Shown here: in pieces, positions 13,575-26,039 of the stretch | Layout of the letters: each line of letters starts with the position of its first letter | How positions within the stretch are numbered: position 1 is the stretch's first letter | Origin: Octopus sinensis | Taxonomy: Eukaryota | DNA: 64,000 nt | NCBI RefSeq assembly: GCF_006345805.1 | Contig: NC_043013.1 | Span: 36,518,001 to 36,582,000, forward strand | Direction of reading: 5' to 3' | Program-made: the position numbers and the translations under genes | The notes under the pieces: model-generated | What the model saw: only the letters and a program-made list of their open reading frames with translations | What the model was told of the DNA's origin: nothing | Databases searched by the model: none

Positions 13575-13790
13575 AATCCTTTCTACTATAGGCACAAGGC
13601 CTGAAATCTGGTGGGAGGGAGTAAGTTGATTATATTGACCCCAGTGTTTCACTGGTCCTTAATTTATTGACCCTGAAAGGACGAAAGACAAAACTGACCT
13701 CAGCACAATTTGAACTCAGAAAGTAAACATAGACGAAATGCTGCTAAGTATTTTCCCCAGCATGCTAACATTTCTGCCAGTTCACTGCCT
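13575..13790 (-). mobile_element. Second SINE family (aaggcggtgagctggcagaa head; gtc(g/a)actttgcctttcatcctttcggggtcgataa domain)
   Basis: Related copies at ~14460-14650(-), 17760-17890(+), 28773-28930(+), 39410-39585(-), 39600-39800(-), 43905-44095(-), 44225-44415(-) and 61288-61500(+). The central domain resembles that of MetaSINE-like families (from memory, unverified). Confidence 0.75.
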
Positions 13791-13793
13791 TAA

Positions 13794-13864
<71 letters not shown>

Positions 13865-13866
13865 TA

Positions 13867-14421
13867 TGCCCTGATGCAGTACCAGGTAGTGGCTCTCATG
13901 GCTTCTGATCTTAACTGATTGGAAGTGTTATCATGTACATTGTTTTGTCTTGGTATAAAAGATAGGCTACAGCAAATATTCTGCTCAATTCCACAGATTT
14001 GCTTGTCAGTTGTTTGACCTTAACCAGCTGAGCATGTCCCTTTGTAGCTGATGATATGTGCATCTCTGATCACGAGCAGAAGTAGTGGGAAAGCATCATA
14101 GCCATGTGTTGAGAGGGATTCTTTGGGGTTTGGATAATTCACCTTTGGAAACATGGGTGGTTCGTTCAACATCCTTAAACAATCCTTATTCAGGGACCTT
14201 TTGAGCGGGATGGGCTACTCAACCAGAAGAAAATTCTAACTAGGCCCCACTTGCAAGGTCATGTGCTGTTTATCTTGATATGAGATCACCATGTCGTGCA
14301 CATATGGTTGGGATGCATGTGCCTAGTGTACCCTTATCAGACAGGTAGTCATGATGGGTATACTGGGCTTTGTATATTTTACCCCAGTCTCACTTTGATG
14401 GCATTCACTGCTCTCTCACAC
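13867..14421. mobile_element. ~550-bp non-coding interspersed repeat flanked on both sides by (AAT)n, copy 1
   Basis: Colinear with 46568-47112 (tgcagtaccagg...cactgctctctcac). No ORF and no TIRs seen. Confidence 0.85.
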
Positions 14422-15379
14422 AATAATAATAATAATAACGATAATAATGCTTTCATATTTTTGTCACAAGGGCAGCTTGGAGGAGGGAGATAGTCGATAA
14501 CATCGACCCCAGTGTTTCACTGGTACTTAATTTATCAACCCTCCAAAAGAACAAGAGGCAAAGTCAACCAGAATTTGAACTCAGAACACAGTAGCAGATG
14601 AAATACTGCTGAAAATTTCACCCGGCATGCTAATGATTCTGGCAGATCATAATAATGACGATGATGATGATGACGATGATGATGTTGATCATGATTATGA
14701 TGATGATGATAATGATTATTTCTCAATATTGTTATTCTCAATATGTATATATATATACATACACACATATATATATGTGCATCTTAATTTTCTTTCCAAA
14801 TATCTTTTGGAAATCTGTATTCATATATCTTTATCCAATTACTCTAAGCATTCTATAAAGTGATTTTCACAGAAAAAATTGCTATAATAGCTAAATTCTG
14901 TAAATTAATTTTAATTACCATATTTAATGTTGAGATTCAATGACTTGTGCACTTTTGTAAAGCTTATGCAAAAACCAAAATGAGTGTGTTTATGTTTTAA
15001 ATGTTCCGGCTGCTTCTGTACATCTCTGAATTCCAAAGTACCTTGTTACTTATGTCATTATAGAAAGCCAAACCAAAGGAAGAATTCATTGTCCTTATTT
15101 GAATTCTTCATGAACATGTCAACAGATATGTGATACTGTTTATTATATGTACATAATATATGTATTATATATATATATTTTCCTATTTTAAAACACACAA
15201 ACCTTCAGGGCTTTGGTCTTTGTTCTTCCCGTTTATATTTTAACACATATGTTCCCACACCCACAACCCAAAACCCACCCAAAGTCATACACACACACAC
15301 ACACAGAATAACAAGCACGCAAGCACATGTATTAATGTATGCTCGTACACAATCGCACATGCATAAATTTTGGCACATA

Positions 15380-15462
15380 TATATACATATACGTGTGTGT
15401 GTGTGTGTGTGCACATGTGTGTGCATGTAAATCTACATACAAACATGCATACATATATATAT

Positions 15463-15516
<54 letters not shown>

Positions 15517-15536
15517 TTATATATATATATATATAA

Positions 15537-15587
<51 letters not shown>

Positions 15588-15631
15588 GTATATATATACA
15601 GATAGATAGATAAATAGATAGATAGATATGC

Positions 15632-15669
<38 letters not shown>

Positions 15670-15842
15670 CAGACACATATATCCACACAGGTTAATTAAT
15701 ATGTATCTATGTGTGTACGTGGGGTGGATGCAGTAGTTTGATATTCAAACAAAATGTCCAAGCCTTCTCCTCTTTCTCCCTCATTTTTCTATTTCAATCT
15801 CTTTTTCATTCACCTACCCACACTCCTTTCCTTATCCCTCTC

Positions 15843-15884
<42 letters not shown>

Positions 15885-16520
15885 TTACTCTCTCTCTCTC
15901 TCTTCACCTTCTCTCTCCTCTCTCTTTCCTTCTCTCTCTTCCCCTTTCTCTTTGCTCCTCTCTCTTCCTCTCTCTTACTCCTTTCTAAGTCTTCCACACT
16001 TAAACTGACTCATTCTCACATCTCTCTCTCTCTCTCTCTCCCTCTCTCTCCCCCACTCTCTCTCCCTCTCTCTCTCCCTCTCTCTCCTTTGCACCTGGCC
16101 TTATGGCTTATATCATTAATGAGAAGATTTTTATAATTTTCCCATTTCTGAAATATATTATTAATGGCAGTTTAACTAACATTAATATTTGTTAAGTTAG
16201 CATTAATAATATATTAGAAAAAGGAAAAAAAAACTTTTAATATCTCATTAATAACAATAAACCTTAAATCTGTCATCCTATGAAATAAACTTCAAATGAC
16301 CAATTTAATATATAACTATAATTGTAAACATTCAAAATTGTCAACTTGATAAAAACTTAAGTCTTGTATCTGGCAAACAAGTACAAACTATACCCTGGGC
16401 TAATAATGCACCTGCAACATGCAGCTAGTGCAACATATATTATCAAACAGCAGAAAATAGACGTAAACATATACATCTATATCTATATAGTTATGTGTAT
16501 GTACGTACGTATGTATGTAT

Positions 16521-16570
<50 letters not shown>

Positions 16571-16637
16571 ATATATATATATATACACACACACACAAAT
16601 ATACTTTTACATATATACTAACACATACACACACATG

Positions 16638-16670
<33 letters not shown>

Positions 16671-16723
16671 GTATGTATATATATATATATATAACCCATG
16701 CTAGCATGGAAAACGGACGCTAA

Positions 16724-16755
<32 letters not shown>

Positions 16756-16933
16756 ATATATATACACACATACATAATATATATATATATATATACACAC
16801 ATACATATATATATTATATATATATATGTATGTATATATATATATATATAATATATATATAACCCATGCTAGCATGGAAAACGGACGCTAAATGATGATG
16901 ATGATGATGATTGAATATATATACACACATACC

Positions 16934-17007
<74 letters not shown>

Positions 17008-17039
17008 TATAATATAATATATATTAAACGATGATGATA

Positions 17040-17072
<33 letters not shown>

Positions 17073-17374
17073 GTTGATGATGATGTGTGCGTGTGAAACA
17101 CAGAACATAAGAAAAAACATGGAAATTGATATTTAAAAAATGCAAAACAAAGAACAGTAGGTGGCAACTAGGAAAACAATTTACTGTGGAATATTTCATT
17201 AATGTTTTATGGAGTTATATATTTGCACACACACATATATGTAAGCATGTATGTATGAATGTATATATACATACATATATGTGTGTGTGTGTGTCTGTAT
17301 GTATAAATACATATACATATGTGTATGTGAATAGATAGACAGATAGACAGATAGATACATAGATCGATAGATAA

Positions 17375-17412
<38 letters not shown>

Positions 17413-17760
17413 TGGAGTAAACACATAAATGTGAAACAAGGTGGAAAAAAGAGTACTGAAATACCAGTGGTAGAGTAGTAATTTTCTGCTGCTTTAAATA
17501 AAGTATATATATATATATATATATATATAGATAGATAGATAGATAGATAGATTATAGATAGATAGATAGATAGATAGATAGATTGATAGGTATGTATGTA
17601 TGTAGGTAGGTAGGTACATAGGTAGATAAACAGATAGATAGATAAATGCATAGATAGGTAGGTAGGTAGAAAAATAGATATAGGTATATAGATATGCACA
17701 TAGGTAGGTAGGTAGAAAAATAGATATAGGTATATAGATGTGCATATGCACACACATAGA
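15380..17760. repeat. Microsatellite-rich tract: (TA)n, (CA)n, (CT)n, (TAGA)n, (TAGG)n, (GAT)n, with a local duplication of an RTE-tail remnant at 16693 and 16861
   Basis: aacccatgctagcatggaaaacggacgctaaatgatgatg occurs twice, 168 bp apart. Confidence 0.85.
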
Positions 17761-17996
17761 AGTTAAATTGGCAGACTCTTTAGAATGTCAGAAAAAATAC
17801 CGTGTGAGACTCGCTCTGGATCCTGGCATACTGAGTTCAAATCTTGCTGACATTAACAATAGATTTCATCCTTCTGGATTTGATGAAAAAACTCTAATCA
17901 CGTATGGCTATTGGTGGAGGGTTATGCTAATGTCTTAACTATGAACATTCATTCATTAAACTATTAGCCTTGTGACTAAATATGAACAGCTGTATC

Positions 17997-18088
<92 letters not shown>

Positions 18089-18173
18089 ATTCGAGACAAA
18101 ACCACTATTTTGCAAAACAAACAAGGAAAACTTAATCAATACATAAAAATTTTTAATATAAAGAAATAAACCG

Positions 18174-18216
18174 CCACTACAATCGTTTCATGTCTTCAAT
18201 GACATTCGTCAGGTGG
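18174..18216 (-). ncRNA. Minimal type I hammerhead ribozyme (minus-strand copy)
   Basis: Exact reverse complement of the 18271-18313 motif. Confidence 0.75.
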
Positions 18217-18270
18217 ATTTTCAATCTCCTAATCTGTTTTCATAAATAAAACAGATAGGAGATCGAAAAT

Positions 18271-18313
18271 CCACCTGACGAATGTCATTGAAGACATGAA
18301 ACGATTGTAGTGG
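18271..18313 (+). ncRNA. Minimal type I hammerhead ribozyme
   Basis: CCAC | CUGACGA | AUGUC-AUUGAA-GACAU | GAAA-CGAUUG-UA | GUGG. Stem I 4 bp, canonical CUGANGA and GAAA boxes, 5-bp stem II, short self-complementary stem III (ACGAUUGU), GUA cleavage triplet ending at 18309. Confidence 0.75.
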
Positions 18314-18489
18314 CGGTTTATTTCTTATATCAAAAATTTTTATGTATTGATTAAGTCTTTCCTTGTTTGTTTTGCAAAATAGTGGTTTTGTCTTGAATTA
18401 TATTATATAAATTTTACTATAAAATCTGATTTTTCCCTGTAAATTTGGATTTATTCCCTAATATTTATTATTATATATATATATGTTCT

Positions 18490-18736
18490 TTTCTTTTATT
18501 TGTTTCAGTCATTTGACTGTGGCCATGCTGGAGCATCGCCTTTAGTCGAACAAATCGACCCCAGGACTTATTCTTTGTAAGCCCAGTACTTATTATATCA
18601 GTCTCTTTTGCTGAACCACTAAGTTACGGGGACGTGAACACACCAACATCAGTTGTCAAGTGATGGTGGGGGACAAACACAACAGACACACAAACACGCA
18701 CGCACATACACACACTCACACACACACACACACACA

Positions 18737-18819
<83 letters not shown>

Positions 18820-18970
18820 AGCTTCTTTTAGTGTCTGTCTAACAAATCCTCTCACAAGTGTTTGGTCAGCCTGAAGCTATAGTAGAAGACACTTGCCCAA
18901 GGTGCCATGCAGTGGGACTGAACCTGGAAGCATGTGGTCGGGAAGCAAGCTACCTACCACATAGCCACTC
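18490..18970 (-). mobile_element. CORE-type SINE, near full length
   Basis: Reverse complement of the family seen at 28281 (tttcagtcatttgactgtggccatgctggagc...cacttgcccaaggtgccatgcagtgggactgaac). Confidence 0.9.
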
Positions 18971-19298
18971 CAGCGCTTATATATATATACATACATACAT
19001 ACAACGATGTCAAAAATTGAGAGTGAGTACTCAACACTGTATTGGTGGATAAAATTTCTTTAATTGTGAATTAATGCAACCATGGGTTTCATGGTACCAA
19101 AAACAATATCTTAACAACTTTAACAGTTATTCAAGCCAATCATGTGGAGGAATGGCATTCATCTTCGTTTTGAATGAAAACCCAAATTTCATCCAAAATG
19201 GAGATGAGCACCATTCCACCATTTGATTGGCTTGAAAAATTGATGAGATATGAAAATAATTTTTTAAAGATGAAACCAGTGATATCTTTAATACACAA

Positions 19299-19378
<80 letters not shown>

Positions 19379-19381
<3 letters not shown>

Positions 19382-19494
19382 TTAATCCAACATGAAAGCA
19401 CAAAAAAAACACAACGCGAGGACGTGGAACAAATATAGTATTATTGGACGCTCAGGAAGAAGGAAAGAAGGAGGGATTAACGTTTTGAGCGGAG

Positions 19495-19497
<3 letters not shown>
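19379..19497 (-). mobile_element. 5'-truncated copy of the hammerhead-like repeat family at 35.0-35.46 kb
   Basis: Reverse complement gagctccgctcaaaacgttaatccctccttc...ctgagcgtccaataatac...gttccacgtcctcgcgttg matches 35330-35460. The ribozyme core is truncated and mutated. Confidence 0.85.
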
Positions 19498-19541
<44 letters not shown>

Positions 19542-19861
19542 CTATGTATGTATCTATGTATGTATGCATGTGTATATGTATGTATGTATATACATATATA
19601 TATTTGGTTTTATGAATATATATATATAGCCATCTTCATTATTTTATATATATATCTATATATGTGTATATGTGTGTGTGAAGGCACATGGCTCAGTGGT
19701 TAGATCATCAGGCTTACAATCATGAGGTTGTGAGTTCAGTTTCTGGAACATATTGAGTGTTTTGTGTTTGAGCAAGACACTTTATTGCTCCAGAAATCTA
19801 GAGCAATGCAATGTCACTGGTGCCAAGCTATATTGTCATTTGCCCTTCACTTGGACAACAT

Positions 19862-20108
19862 CGATGGCATGGAGAAGGGAGATTGAGCATGGCCGTTGCC
19901 AGTACTGCCAGACTGGCCCTCGTGCAAGTGGCACGTAAAAGCACCCACTACACCCTCGGAGTGGTTGGCGTTACGAAGGGCATCCAGCTGTAGAAACTCT
20001 GCTAGATCAGATTGGTGCCTGGTGCAGCCATCTGGTTCGCCAGTCCTCAGTCAAATCGTCCAACCCAAGCTGGCATGGAAAGCAGACGTTAAATGATGAT
20101 GATGATGA
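19862..20108 (+). mobile_element. (GAT)n-tailed RTE-end repeat
   Basis: gcacgtaaaagcacccactaca...ggcgttacgaagggcatccagctgtagaaac...gcatggaaagcagacgttaaatgatgatg. Confidence 0.8.
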
Positions 20109-20301
20109 TGTTGTTGTTGTTTGTTCAGTGCAGGTTGTGTTCTTCTATCAGGTATCAGCCTTCTATGGCATATGTTGTGGGCTTTGTTAATTTATTGGGC
20201 ATTTATGGTATGAGTTTATTCCTGTGTTTTTGGAGGAGTGTTGCATAGTAGTGTGTGCAAATAGAAATGTGTGTAAATCATAAATCAACTATTTCATGGT
20301 G

Positions 20302-20620
20302 TGAGGGCACGTGGCTTAGTGGTTAGGGCATTCGGCTCATGATCGTAAGGTTGTGAGTTCGATTCCCGGCGACGCGTTGTGTCCTTGAGCAAGACACTTT
20401 ATTTCACGTTGCTCCAGTCCACTCAGCTGGCAAAAATGAGTTGTACTTGTATTTCAAAGGGTCAGCCTTGTCACTCTCTGTGTCACGCTGATTATCCCCG
20501 AGAACTACGTTAAGGGTACACGTGTCTGTGGAATGCTCAGCCATTTGCACGTTAATTTCACGCGCAAGCTGTTCCGTTGATCGTATCAGCTGGGACCCTC
20601 ATCGTCGTAACCGGCGGAGT
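20302..20620 (+). mobile_element. tRNA-derived SINE, third family, well-preserved copy
   Basis: Pol III A box (tggcttagtgg) and B box (gttcgattcc), then gtccttgagcaagacact core. Decayed relatives at ~19680, ~29270 and ~39085. Confidence 0.8.
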
Positions 20621-21137
20621 CTTTATTTCATGGTATTTATGGTAATCTCTCCACAGTTCTTTCTCTTTTGTTTGGTTTTGTTATGGGTTCATTTTACAAC
20701 ATTTACTTTTTAACTGAACACCACCCATGGATATGTGTTGATGGTTCTTTCTTAGTTAAAATTATTATTGATATATCAATAAGAGGGTGAGAAGAGACAG
20801 CAATGTATATATATACAGAGGTCTTGCATAAATATGGATGTATAAATAATTAAAAATTAAAATTTTAAATTTTACTCACAGCTTTTTGTATAGAAATATT
20901 GCAGTGTTTACATTTTTACACACATGTTGCTGCCTAAAGGGAAGCTATTTTTTGTATATATATATATATATACTTCATATAAGGAAAATTTTTCGTTTTC
21001 CTGAGATGGCTTACATTAAAACATAGATTTCTTTCATTGTTTTTGTGGATTCTCAATTCCTGCTTCATAATGGTTTCAGATTTGATCTATTTTACCAGCA
21101 GCTAACTGTTACATGCCCATGCTGTTTGGTATTCACT

Positions 21138-21138
<1 letters not shown>

Positions 21139-21192
<54 letters not shown>

Positions 21193-21233
21193 CATCATCA
21201 TCATCATCATTATTATTATTATTATTATTATTA

Positions 21234-21268
<35 letters not shown>

Positions 21269-21338
21269 TATATTATTATTATTATTAATAGTAATAATAA
21301 TAATAATAAAATAATGATAATAATAATAATAATAATAA
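21139..21338. repeat. (TTA)n immediately followed by (AAT)n
   Basis: Seen directly; the two blocks are mutually complementary. Confidence 0.95.
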
Positions 21339-22615
21339 AAGCTGGAGATTCATGAATTTGATCTCTGAAGTTTATATTGCCAGTTATTGAAAAGATGAAG
21401 TAATGAAAGAGTCTCACAATATATGAAGAAGAATATTCACAAACTTTCTGAAATATTGCTTAATCGCTAGTGCATAAAGATTTGATTGGCTATGAAAGAA
21501 AATCCTTTGAAAAGTTGTCTCACATTCGTTTATTCATCTGTGCTGGCATTCTTATCTCTTCAACTGCAAAAACAAGTGATATTTTAATGTCTCCAATATC
21601 ATATGTTTAAAACACACACATGCAAAGTTACTTTTAGATAAGATTTTAGGGATAATGAATAAATTAGCAGTCTTTTTTTTATTATTCAAATATATTCCAT
21701 TGTATGGCAAATCCATTGTATTTGAAATAAACTATTTAAGTCAGTTGCTAGCTTAAAATATTTCAATAAATAGCAAAGGAAATGTTTATAAGAATACCTT
21801 ATGTAATGGAATGTTGTACTGAAACTGTTAATGTAAGAGGAGGCATGTTCTCTAACAGACCAATTGCTGATGTTCTAATGTTATACTCCAAATATATATA
21901 ATCAGTAAAGTTGTAAGGCACATTTCTGAAAGTATATTTATGATGTTATTATCTGTTTTTGAAGGGATTTTCTGTAATTCTTTTTAATATCTTTTTACTT
22001 TGCTATTACTTTCAAGAAATACCTTATTTCAATAAACTAATGAGCTGAGAGGACAGATATTAAGGTTGTTGAAATTACAGAAAGAACAGTTTTGTTTATT
22101 CCTAGTGGAAACGTTTTATGTATGTTTATACTCTTCTTAAAAGTTTCTGATGCAATAGTATGGTTAACAGTGAAATGCTCATTTACTATGACCAATGAAT
22201 AGATTTAGCAATCAGTTATTATTTTTTTTTTGTTCTTTTTTCTAATTAGACATATTTTCTCTTCTTTCCAAGTACAGATATGAATTTAAGTGCATTTTGG
22301 ATAAATTACAATTTTAATTTTATAAAGCACAAGAATGAAAACCACTGGATGAGATATCGACAAATTTACAAGCTGGAACGTCATCATTTGGTACCTGTAA
22401 AAAATCCAGTTGTGAGATCACTCAGTTATTTGGTATTAATAAGCAAACTGTGCACAAAATAGTCAAGAGCAGATTAAAGAAGGAATTTGCTGAGTGAAGT
22501 AGAGATTTGGAAGGCAGTAGAAAGCATTTGAAGAGTCAGAGGGCAGTGAAGAGAGAAATTATTAAATATCAATATGCTACTGTTAGAAAGGCTGCATATA
22601 TCATCTTATTGGAAG

Positions 22616-23296
22616 CAGTAGTGTAACTAAGAGTGGGGGCAATGGGGGCATGTGTTCCAGGCACCAATTGAAGGGGGCACAGCATCAAAAGTAAGAAAGA
22701 TTAAACTTTAAACAGCTGTATTTTTTTTATTACATCTCATTTCACACATTAGGTTGTTTTTAATGTTTCAGTCTGGGAAGCTGGTGCCTTAAACGGTTAA
22801 GATAAAGAAGTTTCATAAAAGTAAACACTCAAAAAATATATTTCGAATTACAGGTTGTACTGAACCGGCAGGTAAATGAACCCTGGTAAAGTATTCATTC
22901 CTAAAATATTGTTTTAAAACATTAATTACTTGTAACAAATAAGTGGCTTCCGTGCCAGTGGCACGTAAAAAGCACCAATCCGATCGTGGCCATTGCCAGC
23001 CTCACCTGGCACCTGTGCTAGTGGTATGTAAAAAGCACCCACTGCACTCATGGAGTGATTGGCGTTAGGAAGAGCATCCAGCTGTAGAAACACTGCCAGA
23101 TCAGACTGGAGCCTGGTGCAGCCTTCTGGCTTCCCAGATCCCCGGTCGAACCGTCCAACCCATGCTAGCATGGAGAACAGACGTTAAACGATGATGATGA
23201 AGTATTATATAATATCGTAGATTTTGTAATTGTTGTGGGGTGGGGGTGCATTTTTGCAGCTTGCCCCGGGTGTAGTTTACCCTAGCTACACCACTG
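22616..23296. mobile_element. Non-autonomous DNA element with ~15-bp imperfect TIRs (hAT-like termini)
   Basis: 5' CAGTAGTGTAACTAA versus reverse complement of the 3' end CAGTGGTGTAGCTAG. No convincing 8-bp TSD. Confidence 0.55.
22945..23200 (+). mobile_element. (GAT)n-tailed RTE-end repeat nested in the TIR element
   Basis: gcacgtaaaaagcacc...ggcgttaggaagagcatccagc...aacccatgctagcatggagaacagacgttaaacgatgatgatga. Confidence 0.85.
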
Positions 23297-25233
23297 AACA
23301 AAAGACCTGAGTTATGAAAGAAAGGTTGCAAGAAGCTAAGGATTTCATAAGTTATAAAGACCAAAACGTTTAACTGAGCTAAGGATTTCTGCAACAAGTA
23401 AGACGAGTTTTTGTAGTAAAGAACATGTTCTGACAAAAGCTAATTCTGTCAAATTTCCAGTTCAAGGAAAATATATGTACATGTGGTAGAATAAAACAGA
23501 AACCTGGGAGTCAGATTATTTGCAAGTGAGATCTAAACCTGAAGGAGTTTGAATTATTGTATAGTGATGGGGAAGGGATACTTTGAGCAATAGCAGATCA
23601 GAGTTCATTTTAGATGAAAATCCTTTAAATAGGTGTGAATACTAATGCTTGAAAAGTGTCTGTTACCCATATATTTCAATCTGGAAATTGATAAGAAGAC
23701 TGATAATTTTTAAAAGGCAGGCCTGAATTATACAAAGAAGGCAAAAAATTTTGAAAATGAATGCAGGGAAACAAATCTCAGGAATGGTTTGCTCAAGGCC
23801 CAATCTTAATCCACTAGAACATTTATAGGAATATTATGATGTATGGTGACACACAAGACTTTTCAAAATTACATCAATTACAAAGCTGAAAGAAGCATGG
23901 AGAGGAAATGAGATAGACAAGAATTAGTCTAACCATTGATAATTTATCCAAATCTATGTGTAACTAGGCGAAAGTCATGATATTATCTAAAGGAAGGCTT
24001 ACAAATAATTGAGATAAACATTCATTCATTTAGCATAATTTTTCATGGAGTTATTATAAGTTAAATTGTCATTGCATTTTATAACCCTGGCTATAAATTT
24101 ATAGTTGCCCAATATATAAGATTTAGGAAAATCCCAGAAATTTTGAACGAACATTCAATCTACAGGGAGGATTATGTCATAATATTTTGTTGCTTGTATT
24201 TGCTTATATGAATGTTTGGGTTGTTCTGCATATAATGTGATTTATATTTGAGACCACTTTTTTAATGCTCTATTGTAATAATGTGCAGCACAGCGAAGGG
24301 ATTTCTCGTCAGAGGATAAGCTGGATATGTGCTTACTAATGTTATTAACTAAGTTTTTAAGGATTATTGGAGGATAGATGGACTTTATATTAATGTACTG
24401 CAATCTTTGCAATCTTACCTTAGGATTACTATAAAGGCAGTATACTATTATCTAAATCTAGAATTATAGCTAAGAAATTAACTATACTTAAAGTTGTGTC
24501 TACTATGATCATTAAGTCTTTCTCTTTGATATGGTGACATATTAAAAAAATGTATATATCTTATCAATGGCATTTTTTTCTGAGTAAATATTAGCTATTT
24601 TTGCATCTATAATTTATCAGACAGTATGTATTTCTTGTTTTCTGTATATATATATATATTTACATAAAACAAGATTTATTTGTTATGCTCTGGAAGATGA
24701 ATCTTAGAATAGAGTTTTTTTTCTAAGTCTCACTTTAAATTATTGGTTTCCGTTGACTCTATAGGATGAGTTAACATTCACATATCTACCGTTTATCACA
24801 TGTTTTATCTCTCTACCATTTTATTCTCTATTGTAGCAAAGTAGAACATCATGCACATAAGCTCTAAGAAAGAAGACATAATTAATCCATCTCTCTTCAT
24901 ATGTCTTGTAGATATCAGGAGGTCGCCTTTGCTGTACAGTGTACAAAGAATTTCTTAACTATGGTACCCAATTTCATAGATGCATTTATTCTTGGGTGTT
25001 TTATACAGTAATTAATGTGATATCTATTGTTTCTGATTCCAGAACTTTGGTTATAGACTTAATTTCAGAACCTTAGTAACAGACTTGAGAAGAGAATATT
25101 GCCTATTTCGTGATAGCTTCTTCTGGGTCTTTAGGAATTCTTTGGAAGGCTTTACGTCATGTCCAAGTGGATATTGTTTAACACTTATCTAATTGTTATG
25201 TGTTGGTGTACTTATTTGAATTACTAAGGATCA

Positions 25234-25981
25234 GAGAGGTTGCTTTGTGTATTTTTACTCTGCTGTATAAATTACTGTATAAATTAATTACTGTATAAAA
25301 CACCCTAGAATAGATACATCTATGAAATTGGGTACCATAGTTAAGAAATATATGAGAGGTTGCTTTGTGTATTTTTACTCTGCTGTATAAATTACTGTAT
25401 AAATTAATTACTGTATAAAACACCCTAGAATAGATACATCTATGAAATTGGGTAACCATAGTTAAGAAATATTAGAGGTTGCTTTTGTATTTTTACTCTG
25501 CTGTATAAATTACTGTATAAATTAAGTACTGTATAAAAAAACCCTAGAATAGATTACATCTATGAAATTGGGTACCATAGTTAAGAAATATATGAGAGGT
25601 TGCTTTGTGTATTTTTACTCTGCTGTATAAATTACTGTATAAATTAATTACTGTATAATTATGTATACAAACCCTAGAATAAATGCATGGAGAAATTGGG
25701 ACCATAGTTAAGAAATATATGAGAGGTTGCTTGTGTATTTTTACTCTGCTGTATAAATTACTGTATAAATTAATTACTGTATAATTACTGTATTAAACAC
25801 CCTAGAATAAATGCATCTATGAAATTGGGTACCATAGTTAAGAAATATATGAGAGGTTGCTTTGTGTATTTTTACTCTGCTGTATAAATTACTGTATAAA
25901 TTAATTACTGTATAATTACTGTATAAAACACCCTAGAATAAATGCATCTATGAAATTGGGTACCATAGTTAAGAAATATAT
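25234..25981 (+). repeat. Tandem array of six 119-131-bp units
   Basis: Units start at ~25234, 25354, 25473, 25594, 25721 and 25851 (gagaggttgctttgtgtatttttactctgctgtataaattactgtata...ccctagaat...gaaattgggtaccatagttaagaaatatat). An inverted partial copy lies at 24950-25016. Confidence 0.95.
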
Positions 25982-26039
25982 GAGAGTTCACAATCAGTTC
26001 AAGGGAAAGGATGCCTTTATTCATTCATTTATGGTTGTA

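Larger units (their letters stand above)
18077..18409. repeat. ~330-bp near-perfect palindrome (arms ~160 bp, loop ~18241-18247), probably an inverted Penelope-like terminal repeat
   Basis: Left arm aattcgagacaaaaccactattttgc...ctcctaatctgtttt is the reverse complement of the right arm aaaacagataggag...gcaaaatagtggttttgtcttgaatt, with few mismatches. Confidence 0.95.
22300..24010 (+). mobile_element. Highly decayed Tc1-like (DD34E) transposon interrupted by nested insertions
   Basis: HTH-like SCEITQLFGINKQTVHKIVKS at 22408-22470, TFN*AKDFC and SDKS at ~23365-23440, and WFAQGP/NLNPLEHL* at 23785-23830 (cf. WPAQSPDLNPIENLW). Confidence 0.6.

Noticed and set aside
20302-20375. tRNA-like sequence with a CAT anticodon-like loop
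   Set aside because: The acceptor stem does not pair and the sequence runs directly into a SINE core, so it is a SINE head rather than a tRNA gene.
25234-25981. Regular repeat array considered as CRISPR-like
   Set aside because: The units are contiguous near-identical repeats without unique spacers, in a eukaryotic context with no cas genes.
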